Below are positions 18,669-27,720 of a stretch of DNA of 64,000 nt, piece after piece. Source of the DNA: a virus (taxonomy: Duplodnaviria; Caudoviricetes); IMG/VR virus record IMGVR_UViG_3300031760_000035, positions 1 to 64,000 of that record; one strand, 5' to 3'. The notes below the pieces were generated by a model that made no database searches, was not told the DNA's origin, and saw only the letters and a program-made list of their open reading frames with translations. The position numbers and the translations under genes are program-made. Position 1 is the stretch's first letter. The number at the start of each line of letters is the position of its first letter.

Positions 18669-19198
18669 TCGGCATCACCGCGCAATTGGAGCTTGGCGGC
18701 GAAGTCAGCAATGTTGCCGCTCTCCATCACGTCATCAATGTCGTAGAAACGGTGCGCAGAGTCCTCGTTCCAAGTGTTGTGGCAAAGTGTCACCACTCCA
18801 CGCAGCACGTCCTCGACGGTCGGCTTGTGGTGGTGACGCAAGCGCTTACGCTTGCGTGGGCACTTGTGCTCGTCCATCGGTTCAAGCTCGCCGTTGCTCA
18901 TAATGTAGCCAACAACCTCGAACGGCTCGCAAAAGCCGCCGCCAACCTTCTTCCCTTCCATCACGTCGCCGATGCGAACGGGCACACCGTCAGCATCCAC
19001 GGGAATCTTGACGTAGGAGGTCATGTCTGGCAGTTCGACCGACTCCACGCCATTGCCGTAGGCTTCTGCGCAGGCGTTCTCACACTCCGCATCTATGCGG
19101 TCGGCGATGGCTCGGAGGTTTGCCTGTTGCTTGTCGGTCGGTACCCAGCCTGTATACGGGTCAGCCGCGAACAGGCGCAGCTCGTCAGTGATGCTCAT
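18665..19198 (-). CDS. Tandem paralog 2
   Basis: Same conserved blocks. Confidence 0.75.
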   Translation of the reverse strand: MSITDELRLFAADPYTGWVPTDKQQANLRAIADRIDAECENACAEAYGNGVESVELPDMTSYVKIPVDADGVPVRIGDVMEGKKVGGGFCEPFEVVGYIMSNGELEPMDEHKCPRKRKRLRHHHKPTVEDVLRGVVTLCHNTWNEDSAHRFYDIDDVMESGNIADFAAKLQLRGDAE

Positions 19199-20619
19199 TT
19201 GGCATCACCTCGCAATTGGAGCTTGGCTGCTTGCTCGTGCAACCATTCCTCGACCTCTGGCGTGCGCTCTTCCACGGCCCCGAAATGCTTCAAGCTCTCG
19301 TACAGCACGTCCTCAACGGTCGGCTTGTGACGAACACGCTTGTTGCGCGCAGTTGTCCACTCTGCCTGCTCGCCATCTCCATCAGGGTCAACATAAAACA
19401 GCGTGTCATTTGTGCCGATACCGATTACGTCAATCGCGTCCCCGCTGTCGCACCACTCAACCACGTCGCCGACATGAACAGGCTCGCCATAGGAATCCTT
19501 TGGAAGCATCATCCAGCCAGCCCTCTCCAAGTCTGCGACAAGGGTGGCATTGCCATCCATCAGCTCGGCGTGGCACTCGTGGTAGCCCTTGAGCCACATA
19601 TCGCCGTTCTTGGCCTTGAGGTCATCGATCTCCTTCTGCATGTTGCATGCATTGTTGTACCACTCTAGGCACTCGCGCTCCTGCTTTTCGTTGACGTGGC
19701 ACGCAACCTCATAGTCACGCTCAAGGTCGTGGATGTGCTCAAGCGCCTGTTCGTAGAGGCTCTTCCAATGCTCGCGCGCACTGGTTGCTTGGTCGAAGTT
19801 GTTGCGCTGTGTCTTGCACTCGGAAGTGAGGCGCTTTACCTCGCGTTCAAGCATGTTGATGCGTTCGGACTCGGCGGGATACATGGTGCGCTGGCGCAGC
19901 TCTTCGTTCTCGCGCTCTAGACTTGCATGGATTGCGTCGATGGCGTCGCACTTCATCAGGAAGCCCTCGTACCCAATGGTGCCGATGCGGCTTACAACCA
20001 TCTGTCCGTCAGTCTCGGAGGGCTTGTACGCCTCCATGTAGCTGCGAAGGTCGCCGGTGACGGGCTTTAGTCCCTCAGCCATTGAATCGACACTGTTATC
20101 AGCAGTATGTCCAACGGGAGCAGCATCAGGGCCACCATCACGAGCTGGCACACATCCTGTGGAGTCCATTGCATCCTGCTCCTCCTTCCACATCCCGTAC
20201 AGGTCGCTGAGGCTTGCTGGTGTCTGGTCACCGCCAAGCAGGTGAATCAGCTTGTCACGCACCTCGCCAAATGAAAGATCGCTGCTGTCGATGCCCAACG
20301 CGGCAGACAGGTCGCTGTACCACTTGGCAAACGGACTGCCTGAATACTCGGGGTAGCTGACTGACATCTTCCTCAGCTCGCACAACGCCTTGTGGCGCTC
20401 GTTGCCAAGCACGTCGTATGCCACATGGGTGCTCTGCTCCCGCTTCCAGCCAAGCGCTATCTTGTATGCGTCAACCTCCACGTTATGAGCGTCTTTGATA
20501 CGCTCGCAGCACTCATGGATTCGGTCATCGATGCGTGCGCAGCAGTCGTGCCCGTACTGCACGAGGGCCTCCACCTCATCGTCAAAGCTGCCGATAGCGC
20601 ATTCGTAGAAATCGCCCAA
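19195..20619 (-). CDS. Coiled-coil protein with a C-terminal paralog domain (paralog 1)
   Basis: C-terminal LPKDSYGEPVHVGD...KPTVEDVL...AAKLQLRGDAK. Confidence 0.75.
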   Translation of the reverse strand: MGDFYECAIGSFDDEVEALVQYGHDCCARIDDRIHECCERIKDAHNVEVDAYKIALGWKREQSTHVAYDVLGNERHKALCELRKMSVSYPEYSGSPFAKWYSDLSAALGIDSSDLSFGEVRDKLIHLLGGDQTPASLSDLYGMWKEEQDAMDSTGCVPARDGGPDAAPVGHTADNSVDSMAEGLKPVTGDLRSYMEAYKPSETDGQMVVSRIGTIGYEGFLMKCDAIDAIHASLERENEELRQRTMYPAESERINMLEREVKRLTSECKTQRNNFDQATSAREHWKSLYEQALEHIHDLERDYEVACHVNEKQERECLEWYNNACNMQKEIDDLKAKNGDMWLKGYHECHAELMDGNATLVADLERAGWMMLPKDSYGEPVHVGDVVEWCDSGDAIDVIGIGTNDTLFYVDPDGDGEQAEWTTARNKRVRHKPTVEDVLYESLKHFGAVEERTPEVEEWLHEQAAKLQLRGDAK

Positions 20620-20823
20620 CTAGGCCACCTCCGTCTTAACGGTGGAGGGCCTACCCTCGCAGGCCCTCCGCTGCTTTTCCCTCTTGTATATGCGCCGTAT
20701 GCTGTCTGGACTTGTCCCGTACCACGCGCCGAGCGACACGTAGCTCCAATGGGACTCGACAAGCGACACAAGCTCGTCAAGCTCCCAGTCGCTCAGGCAG
20801 AGCGGCGAACGTCGCTTGCCCAT
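20620..20823 (-). CDS. Small HTH-like protein
   Basis: SYVSLGAWYGTSPDSIRR. Confidence 0.5.
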   Translation of the reverse strand: MGKRRSPLCLSDWELDELVSLVESHWSYVSLGAWYGTSPDSIRRIYKREKQRRACEGRPSTVKTEVA

Positions 20824-21068
20824 CACCCATCCCATTCCGTGCAGTCGGCGCAGCCGAGGATTCGCGCGCAATCGTCCTGCCAGCACATGCGGTTCGTGTC
20901 AACCTCGCCTCCGAACGCGAGCATGCCGAGGACTCTCAGGCACGCACTGCAATGCACGCACTCGTCCATCCACTCTGCCCCGGTCTTCTCAGGCTCATCG
21001 TCGGGGAACTCCTGCACGCTGTCGTTGGTCAGCGTCACGTTGTCGGTGTTGAGTCGGCGGTCGATCAT
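20823..21068 (-). CDS. Hypothetical Cys-containing protein
   Basis: GGAGG RBS; CVHCSAC...CADC. Confidence 0.55.
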   Translation of the reverse strand: MIDRRLNTDNVTLTNDSVQEFPDDEPEKTGAEWMDECVHCSACLRVLGMLAFGGEVDTNRMCWQDDCARILGCADCTEWDG

Positions 21069-21150
21069 CACATTCCTCCCCTCGAAGCTATCACGCCGGA
21101 TATGATTGCCACGGCAATGGCGACAGCCGCTATGAGACGGCGCAGGCGCA

Positions 21151-21933
21151 TCACACCATCCATGCGACCTCCTCCACGACGAACGCATTCTCGCTGCCGA
21201 GGAACTTCGCCACCGCGTTGAGCTTGTCAACCTCCGTGAGTGCGGCATCCATCGTGAGGTACAGGCCGTAGCATCGCGGCTCAGGTGCCTTTGCCCAGAT
21301 GAGGTACGCAGGCTCGGACGTGTCCGCAAGGGGAGCGCCAGTGGCCTCCATGTGCTTGGTGGTGGCGGCGTCGAACTCCTCCTGGACATCGTGGACGGCA
21401 TCGCTGGTCATCGGGCGTATCTCCTCGATGGGGTCGAGCGGATAGCCGCACACGACAGTGCTCTCGGCAAGCTCGGCCTTGGAGTCCTCGCTTGGCTGCG
21501 TGTCGTGCTTGGCCGGAACTGGCTTGCGCTCAGGCTCGTCCTTGCGCTCAACCATGTCCATGAAAGCCTGCTCGTCGCGCAGGTCTTGGCACCACTTCTC
21601 CCACTGCTGCTGCGCGTTCCTCGCGTTGACTCCGACGAAGGTTTTGGACTTCGCCCTGCCTCCGATCACGCACGTGCCCTCGAACCTGTGTGGGTCAGTC
21701 GTTGAGGTCAGACGCCCGTTGGCCTTGTCACCCGCCACGATCTTCGACTTCGCCGCCATGTCACCCGCCTCCTTCGACTTCCGCTCCTGCTTCTTGCGCT
21801 GCTCCGAGATGATGCGGTACGCGGTGCTGCGCGCAATGTTGTACCTGTCGGCTATGTCCTGCGTCCTTTCGCCGAGACAGTGCATCGTGTAGATGCCATC
21901 CTTCTCGTGCTCTGTGAGCTTGACGTTCTGCAT
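21151..21933 (-). CDS. HTH-containing hypothetical protein
   Basis: TQDIADRYNIARSTAYRII HTH; GGAG RBS. Confidence 0.7.
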   Translation of the reverse strand: MQNVKLTEHEKDGIYTMHCLGERTQDIADRYNIARSTAYRIISEQRKKQERKSKEAGDMAAKSKIVAGDKANGRLTSTTDPHRFEGTCVIGGRAKSKTFVGVNARNAQQQWEKWCQDLRDEQAFMDMVERKDEPERKPVPAKHDTQPSEDSKAELAESTVVCGYPLDPIEEIRPMTSDAVHDVQEEFDAATTKHMEATGAPLADTSEPAYLIWAKAPEPRCYGLYLTMDAALTEVDKLNAVAKFLGSENAFVVEEVAWMV

Positions 21934-21995
21934 TTCGCTCCCCTCGTATTCCTCTATGCTGTGCGCGAAGGGGCGCGCCACTATGGACGCGCCCA

Positions 21996-22664
21996 CTACA
22001 TGCCAGCTCTTCTGTCAACGTTTCCAAGCGCGACGCTCGCATACCGTTCGCGGAACCTGCTCACGATAGCCATGGCAGTCTCGTTGTCACCGCTCTTCGA
22101 CATGCGCCGGGCCAATGCGTCGGGCGTGAACTGGGTGGTCACGATGGTCGGGCGCTTGTTGGCGTATCGGTCATCGACAATCGCGAACAGCCTGCTCAGC
22201 GCCCACTGCGACGGAACCTCCTTGCCGAGGTCATCGATAACCAGCAGCGCGCATGACGTGTACCTGCCGATGACCTGCGACTCGCCCTCGGTTCGGCTGG
22301 AATAGCTGTCGCTTATCTCAGACAGCAGGCGCACCGACGATATGAAGCGCGCCTTTCCCCTGCCGCATGACAGCCAAGCCTTCGTCACCCTTGCCGCGAG
22401 CCACGTCTTGCCAGCCCCCTGCACGCCGCTGATGTAGAGTCCACCGCCGCCATCGAGCGCGTCGAGCATGTCGTAGTCCGGCTCTGCCGCTATGAAAAGG
22501 CTCGGGATGCCGCACGCGACAGCCTCCTGGTCAAGTGCGACGCCCTCGATCCTCATGTCGGTCTGCTTGCTGACCATCTTCGTCAGCCAGTCTGGCGGCT
22601 TAGTGCCGCTCTCCACGTACAGGTCGTAGAGTTCATCAAGGCTAACGTAGGTCTTGAGTTCCAT
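21996..22664 (-). CDS. DnaC/IstB-like AAA+ ATPase (helicase loader)
   Basis: Walker A GVQGAGKT, Walker B LLVIDDLGKE, PTIVTTQF. Confidence 0.9.
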   Translation of the reverse strand: MELKTYVSLDELYDLYVESGTKPPDWLTKMVSKQTDMRIEGVALDQEAVACGIPSLFIAAEPDYDMLDALDGGGGLYISGVQGAGKTWLAARVTKAWLSCGRGKARFISSVRLLSEISDSYSSRTEGESQVIGRYTSCALLVIDDLGKEVPSQWALSRLFAIVDDRYANKRPTIVTTQFTPDALARRMSKSGDNETAMAIVSRFRERYASVALGNVDRRAGM

Positions 22665-23130
22665 CCTCTCCCTCCTTTGACGAGAGAAGCGCATCCACCC
22701 TCTGAATGCGCTCTCCGATCCAACGCATGACTGGCACGGCCATGGAATTGCCAGCACACTTGTAGCGTGGGCTGTCACAATCGCTGCTGGCCCACTTCCT
22801 CACCTTTCGGCGCAGCCTCTCCCTCTCTTCGTCGCTGTAATTGAATGACGCCGCAACCCTTTCGGTCACGGCGTCAACGTCACAGTCTCGAAGGCTCGTC
22901 CATCCTGTCGGAAAGCCCTGCAACCTCTCGCACTCGTCTGGCGTCAACCGCCTTACCACATACTCGAAGTTGTCGGCAGAGTCGGGGACGAACATCGTCT
23001 GGTCTTGTGTCGTACTAAGCGTGTAGCTCACATCCTTGTCCCACATTGCGCCCTCGCCCCCACCAACATTGGGTGTGCCGGTGTGACGCAGCTTCAACAT
23101 GTAGACGGACTTCTCATCATCCGCATCCAT
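22642..23130 (-). CDS. C5-cytosine MTase C-terminal polypeptide (motifs IX-X)
   Basis: VRRLTPDECERLQGFP and RYKCAGNSMAVPVMRWIG; has its own GGAGGTG RBS. Confidence 0.85.
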   Translation of the reverse strand: MDADDEKSVYMLKLRHTGTPNVGGGEGAMWDKDVSYTLSTTQDQTMFVPDSADNFEYVVRRLTPDECERLQGFPTGWTSLRDCDVDAVTERVAASFNYSDEERERLRRKVRKWASSDCDSPRYKCAGNSMAVPVMRWIGERIQRVDALLSSKEGEDGTQDLR

Positions 23131-23137
23131 ATCGCGC

Positions 23138-23332
23138 TCACCTCCAAGAGTCGGGTTCGAGGATCAGTCCACCCGCTCGTATCGACTGGTTGTTTGTGAA
23201 CTGCTTCTGCCCGTCTGTGGCATTGAGCGTTGGGTAGCAGTCATCCCCGTTGCTTGTGAGCGGCCCACGAGCACCATGGCATCCTTTGACATGTGTGCAG
23301 TCAGCGTGGGAACGACCCCCCCCCCGAGCCAA
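23138..23332 (-). CDS. Out-of-frame TRD-like segment of the C5 MTase
   Basis: CYPTLNATDGQKQF module; joined to the MTase only if the G10 tract changes length. Confidence 0.5.
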   Translation of the reverse strand: MARGGGRSHADCTHVKGCHGARGPLTSNGDDCYPTLNATDGQKQFTNNQSIRAGGLILEPDSWR

Positions 23333-25232
23333 TTTCCGCGTTGCCGTTCGTGCTTGCCATCACGAGGGGTTCGTCATCGTGGCGACGGTATGCGACCGCC
23401 TCTGGGCCAGACGCATCGACTGTGTGCGCGACCTCATCGGATATGCCGCATCCGTTGGCGCTCGTGTTCGCGGTTCGTATGGCTATCGCTGGCGAGTGCC
23501 AGTCTGCGGTCAACGTGTTGCAGGTGCCATCGTCGTACGTCGGCATGCTTCTCGCCGCAGCGCTCGCGCTGTACTTAAATGCGGTTATACCCCCCCTCGC
23601 AACCCTCGTCAGCGCCGTCTCTAGCTGCGGCGGCAAGCTCCTCCCTCTTCTTCTTGCTCGACGCAGGATGCCCGAACACGCCCTCGCGCTCAAATAGAAC
23701 CGCTGAGGAACCCCCCCCGATCCAAGACATCCGACAAGAAAGACACGTCTGCGCCGCTGGGGAACTCCGAAGAACTGGCTGTCAAGCACTCGCCATGCCA
23801 GACCATACCCGAGTTCATCCAGCTCCGCGAGCAGGGTTCCAAAGGCTCGCCCCCTGTCTTGCGAGAGCACGCCTGGAACGTTTTCCCAGAGGAGCCACCG
23901 GGGTTCAATTTCACGAACAGCTCGTACGTACTCAAGCATGAGCTGACCTCGCGGATCCATGAGTCCTCCGCGCTTTCCTGAGATGGAGAACGCTTGGCAG
24001 TTATGAACGGCAATTCCATCTGCTGTATATGAGTTGTCATCTTCGACCTCCAAGTTGTAGACGGTTGCCGTTCCTGATGGAGTGAACGACTGAACAATTC
24101 TCTTGACGTACCCGTTGTCAATCTGACAGCGACCGCCACTCTTGCCCAAGGTGACTTTGTACGATGGCTTGACCCGATACTCGACTCCCTTGATTACGGA
24201 TGTGCCGCGCTCTGTGGGCTTAGCCACTGAACCGACTCTCGAAAGGAGCTGGATGCCGATGGTCAACGCCTTGGATACGCTTTCAGCTGATGTGACGCCG
24301 CTCTCATACTTGTGTCCATCGGTTGCCATGTAGCCGCGAACGATTGCCTGCCGCTCGGCGTCAGACAGTGCAAGCGCCCAAGCGGGGATGTTCTTATTGG
24401 CTGCACCACGACCAAAGTGCCGTTCCAGAAAGCGGCACAACTCGGTGTTGTGGATTACGACTCGGCATCTCGTGTCATCTATGCGCTCGACTCGATAGTT
24501 CATCTTCTGCTTGAATCGAGCTACAAAACCAACGAGCTTGCTAGGACAGATGGACAGCTCAAGCGTTCTCAGTGTTGGGTTTCTTCTGCCCTTGCCGGCT
24601 ATCAAACCATCCCCGAGATACCAGCCGATTAGCTCGGCAATCTCGACGTTATCCAAGTCGTACACCTTTGGGTACTCAGGCACCAGACAATCAATGTCTG
24701 GGACCATACAGGCACAGAGTCCTACAGCGTCTTCCGCTGAGACGAACTTCTCACTCTCGAATCTGAACCAGCTACCGTCTTCGTTGGCCTTTCCCCTCTG
24801 CGTGCGCTTCGAGGTGAGGATCGGATGACTCGGCGTGCACTCAATGGGCATTACTCCGCATATCTTCAAAACGCCAACATCGGTAACTCTCGCTCCCGTG
24901 TCGAGCACCTTGCGGAGCCTGCCCTTGTGAGTCACAACCCGGTCCCCGACGCGTACCTGCTCAATGGGCTTGAACCCATCCTCGCAAAGGACTAGGGTAC
25001 CCGCTGTGAAGCACGGCGTACCGCCAACGACCAAATCTACTCTACCCTTGTACGGTTTCCAATCGACGTTCGCTATGTCCCCAAGGTTGGGAACGTCTGG
25101 GTATCTGTGCGCAAGGACGGCGCTTGGGTAAGGCTCGACCTCCGCAAACGCAAGGGGCTCGAATCCAAGAACGTCCCATGCGACGCTTGCCGCCTCGATG
25201 CCAGAGCACAGTGACACGTACCTTATCGGCAC
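23301..25232 (-). CDS. C5-cytosine DNA methyltransferase (motifs I-VIII) with intein
   Basis: SLCSGIEAA (I), GGTP|C (IV), WENVPG (VI), PQRRRRVF (VIII). Confidence 0.9.
   Translation of the reverse strand: MPIRYVSLCSGIEAASVAWDVLGFEPLAFAEVEPYPSAVLAHRYPDVPNLGDIANVDWKPYKGRVDLVVGGTPCFTAGTLVLCEDGFKPIEQVRVGDRVVTHKGRLRKVLDTGARVTDVGVLKICGVMPIECTPSHPILTSKRTQRGKANEDGSWFRFESEKFVSAEDAVGLCACMVPDIDCLVPEYPKVYDLDNVEIAELIGWYLGDGLIAGKGRRNPTLRTLELSICPSKLVGFVARFKQKMNYRVERIDDTRCRVVIHNTELCRFLERHFGRGAANKNIPAWALALSDAERQAIVRGYMATDGHKYESGVTSAESVSKALTIGIQLLSRVGSVAKPTERGTSVIKGVEYRVKPSYKVTLGKSGGRCQIDNGYVKRIVQSFTPSGTATVYNLEVEDDNSYTADGIAVHNCQAFSISGKRGGLMDPRGQLMLEYVRAVREIEPRWLLWENVPGVLSQDRGRAFGTLLAELDELGYGLAWRVLDSQFFGVPQRRRRVFLVGCLGSGGVPQRFYLSARACSGILRRARRRGRSLPPQLETALTRVARGGITAFKYSASAAARSMPTYDDGTCNTLTADWHSPAIAIRTANTSANGCGISDEVAHTVDASGPEAVAYRRHDDEPLVMASTNGNAEIGSGGGSFPR
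23690..24040 (-). CDS. Alternative-frame ORF overlapping the C5 MTase, truncated at the G8 tract
   Basis: GGAGGT RBS and ATG inside the intein 3' end; SSGKT...WMNSGM...SEFPS...LSDVL; G9 would extend it into VPQRFYLSARAC...LETAL. Confidence 0.6.
   Translation of the reverse strand: MTTHIQQMELPFITAKRSPSQESAEDSWIREVSSCLSTYELFVKLNPGGSSGKTFQACSRKTGGEPLEPCSRSWMNSGMVWHGECLTASSSEFPSGADVSFLSDVLDRGGFLSGSI
24000..25013 (-). mobile_element. Intein (338 aa, Hint plus LAGLIDADG-type endonuclease) inserted in motif IV
   Basis: Starts CFTAGT after GGTP; block B CTPSHP; LIGWYLGDG and VRGYMATDG; ends VHN followed by catalytic Cys (+1). Confidence 0.9.
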
Positions 25233-26585
25233 CTACTCACCTCCCATGATGTCGAACAGCGTGAGCTGGGCATCACTGTCGCCGCCCTTCTCCGCGCTGT
25301 CGTTTGGCTTGTCCTCGTCATGCGGTAGCCTGCTCCGCATACGGCTGTCTGCTATCTCGCAGTAGTGGGAATCCATGTCTATGCCCACGAAGCGCATGCC
25401 CTCGTCCATGCAGGCAACGCCAGTGGAGCCACTTCCCATGAACGGGTCCATGACCACCCCCCCCTGCCTGCAAACGAGCTTCACGAGGTAGCGCATGAGC
25501 GCGTTGGGCTTGACGCACGGATGGTCGTTCTTCACGTCGCCGCAGTTGCGGTCCTTCTTGGACGCCTTCGCGCAGTAGAAGAAGCGCGCCGCACTGCCAG
25601 TGTCGCCATACCCAAGCTGATCTTGGTACTCATGGCCGTTGAACTTGCCATAGATGCCGTTCTTGCCAGGGGCCTTGACGCCGCCACCTCCACTTGACTT
25701 TCCAGTTGACGGGAACATGGCGACAACCTCGTCGCTACCGTCGTGGACGAGGTTTGCGGGGTAGCGTCCGAGCTGTTCGCTCTTCGCTATGTTCTCCTTC
25801 TTGCGCTCGACAAACGCGGCTTGCATGTCCGGATCGTCCATGAACGGACGCCGCCAACCGTCCTGTGCGGACCCAGCCTTCATGCCGCCACCAAGGCTGT
25901 CGCTAGTGGGTATGCGGCATGCGTCGATGTTGATTGCGCCGGTGCCATACTTGCGCACGTTGTTGACAACCGTGCCGCTCAGCGGCTTGTACGCCAGGAT
26001 GATGGGTTCCCATGCGGGCTTTAGGTGCGTGTTCCACCCCTCCCACTCCCAAGCATCGTCTGGAAAGCCTTTCTCCATCATGCGTCGTACGTTCTGGCCG
26101 TGCGGCATACCGGAGCCGTAGACCCACATCATGCAGTCCTTGACAATCCAGCCTGCGTCCTCGATGGCGCACGCGATGCGGTGAAACGTCCTCGTCCCGC
26201 CAAAGCAGAGCATGTGGGCACCAGGCTTTGCGACGCGAATGGCCTCCTCGAAGATTGGGGTCATCTCCTCCTGGAATCGTCGCATCTCACCGACTGTCGG
26301 CGTCTTTCCATGGCTGTTGCCGAACTTCGGGACAGCGGCGTTGCTGTTGTCGTAGGCACGGCCCTTCTCCATGCGCTCCGCCACGGACTCTGTGCCGTTC
26401 GGCTTCCCGAAGGTATCCCAGCTAGCGCCGCCAAAACCAAGAGCATATGGTGGGTCTGTAACAATGGCGTCCACGGAATCGCTTTCCATGGACGCCATCT
26501 CGCTCAGGCAGTCGCCGTTATGTATCGTGTATCGTTCGCTAATCTCGCTCGCCCCCGTCTCTTCTGTTCCACGCCAGCACGACAT
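25233..26585 (-). CDS. N4-C/N6-A DNA methyltransferase (beta class)
   Basis: IVTDPPY, HPCVKP and MDPFMGSGSTG; internal in-frame G8 tract at 25457-25464. Confidence 0.9.
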   Translation of the reverse strand: MSCWRGTEETGASEISERYTIHNGDCLSEMASMESDSVDAIVTDPPYALGFGGASWDTFGKPNGTESVAERMEKGRAYDNSNAAVPKFGNSHGKTPTVGEMRRFQEEMTPIFEEAIRVAKPGAHMLCFGGTRTFHRIACAIEDAGWIVKDCMMWVYGSGMPHGQNVRRMMEKGFPDDAWEWEGWNTHLKPAWEPIILAYKPLSGTVVNNVRKYGTGAINIDACRIPTSDSLGGGMKAGSAQDGWRRPFMDDPDMQAAFVERKKENIAKSEQLGRYPANLVHDGSDEVVAMFPSTGKSSGGGGVKAPGKNGIYGKFNGHEYQDQLGYGDTGSAARFFYCAKASKKDRNCGDVKNDHPCVKPNALMRYLVKLVCRQGGVVMDPFMGSGSTGVACMDEGMRFVGIDMDSHYCEIADSRMRSRLPHDEDKPNDSAEKGGDSDAQLTLFDIMGGE

Positions 26586-26796
26586 GGTTCACTGCGGCCG
26601 GCAGCGTGCTTCTGTAGCACGACATGTCAGCCGGGCACCCATCGCCTGTGCAATAGATCTGCGCGTAGTACTCGGCACCATCCCAACCGCATTCGAGCTT
26701 CGCGCTACTCCCACAGAAGGGGCAGTGCATCGGATCGTCCGCAGTCATTGGAGGGCCTATCGTTCTCGTCATCGTCACGCACTCCAACATCTTCAA
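26539..26796 (-). CDS. Lar-like (restriction alleviation) zinc-ribbon protein
   Basis: CPFCG...C...C...AWNRR. Confidence 0.7.
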   Translation of the reverse strand: MKMLECVTMTRTIGPPMTADDPMHCPFCGSSAKLECGWDGAEYYAQIYCTGDGCPADMSCYRSTLPAAVNHVVLAWNRRDGGERD

Positions 26797-27422
26797 ATTG
26801 CGCCTGTTCAGGCTCGTAGTCCTTTACCCACTGCGTCGCCATCGCCTTGGCAATGCCGTGGAATGTCTTGCTGCGCAGCTTCGCCCTGTCATGTGGTGAA
26901 AGGCTCCATGCCTCGGCGTACCACGTCGGCATGGTGTTGCCGCTGGCATAGACCATGCGCGGCTCTGGCTCCACCACGTTCGTCGGTTGCAGCGGTGGCA
27001 ACCCCTTTAGCCACAGGCAGGTCTTCTTCTCGTATGGGTCGCCGAACATCCAGGGCTGTATGATCTGGTCTGGCTTCCTGTACAGCCTGCTCATGATGCC
27101 GACAGGATTCTCGATTGCCACGCGTGGCACGTGGTCAAGGCACGTGAACGCCTTGAAGAATCCGATGCCCATGTCCTGCTGGCCGTTGCGGCGCTTTCGC
27201 TCGAACCACGCCGCACCGCTCACCGCCAGATGGGTGCATGGCGGAAACGCGATCACCATGTCCCAGTCCATCTTCACGACCTCAAGCGCGTCTGCCTGTA
27301 TGTGCCACTCAGGGTGCATGCCAGACGTGGGGAGAAGATCGCAAGAGAATGCAGTGTGCCCCCCCCCGACGCAATTCCGCAGTCACAGCCTGCGACTCCT
27401 CACATGCGCAAAGCACTCGCAT
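26705..27422 (-). pseudogene. Cytosine-MTase-like gene frameshifted at G9 tract (27359-27367)
   Basis: MRVLCACEESQAVTAELRR|GGHTAFSCDLLPTSGMHPEWH...FPPCTHL...IENPVG; G8 restores the frame. Confidence 0.85.
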
Positions 27423-27483
27423 CAAATCACCGTCCTTCGCTAATAGAAATGGCCCCAATGGGCCACTTGATTTGCTTCTGCTC

Positions 27484-27579
27484 TTACCTGTCCTCGTTCA
27501 TCGCGCCGCATCTGGGGCAGTAGTTCGGTGGCCCATTGAAGCCGCCCATCCTGTAAAACCAGTCCCACACACAGCCGCA
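27484..27579 (-). pseudogene. 3' half of a zinc-ribbon gene cut by the IS right end
   Basis: CGCVWDWFYRMGGFNGPPNYCPRCGAMNEDR* begins exactly after the TCAA end; no start codon. Confidence 0.6.
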
Positions 27580-27720
27580 TTGACACTCCCCACGGCTAAA
27601 TCATGGGGGATTCCTGCTTCGTCGAGAATGTACTCTCGTACAGGTCCAAAGTCCTCTCCACAGGCGTTGATTCCCGTGTGCCCCACGGTATGGCATAGCT
27701 ACATGGCGAGAAGTCTCTTG
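27580..27720 (-). ncRNA. TnpB omega-RNA scaffold / IS right end
   Basis: ACGCCTGTGGAGA...GAAGCAGGAATCCCC-CATGATTTAGCCGT-GGGGAGTGTCAA; subterminal hairpin ending in TCAA; 5' boundary approximate. Confidence 0.7.
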
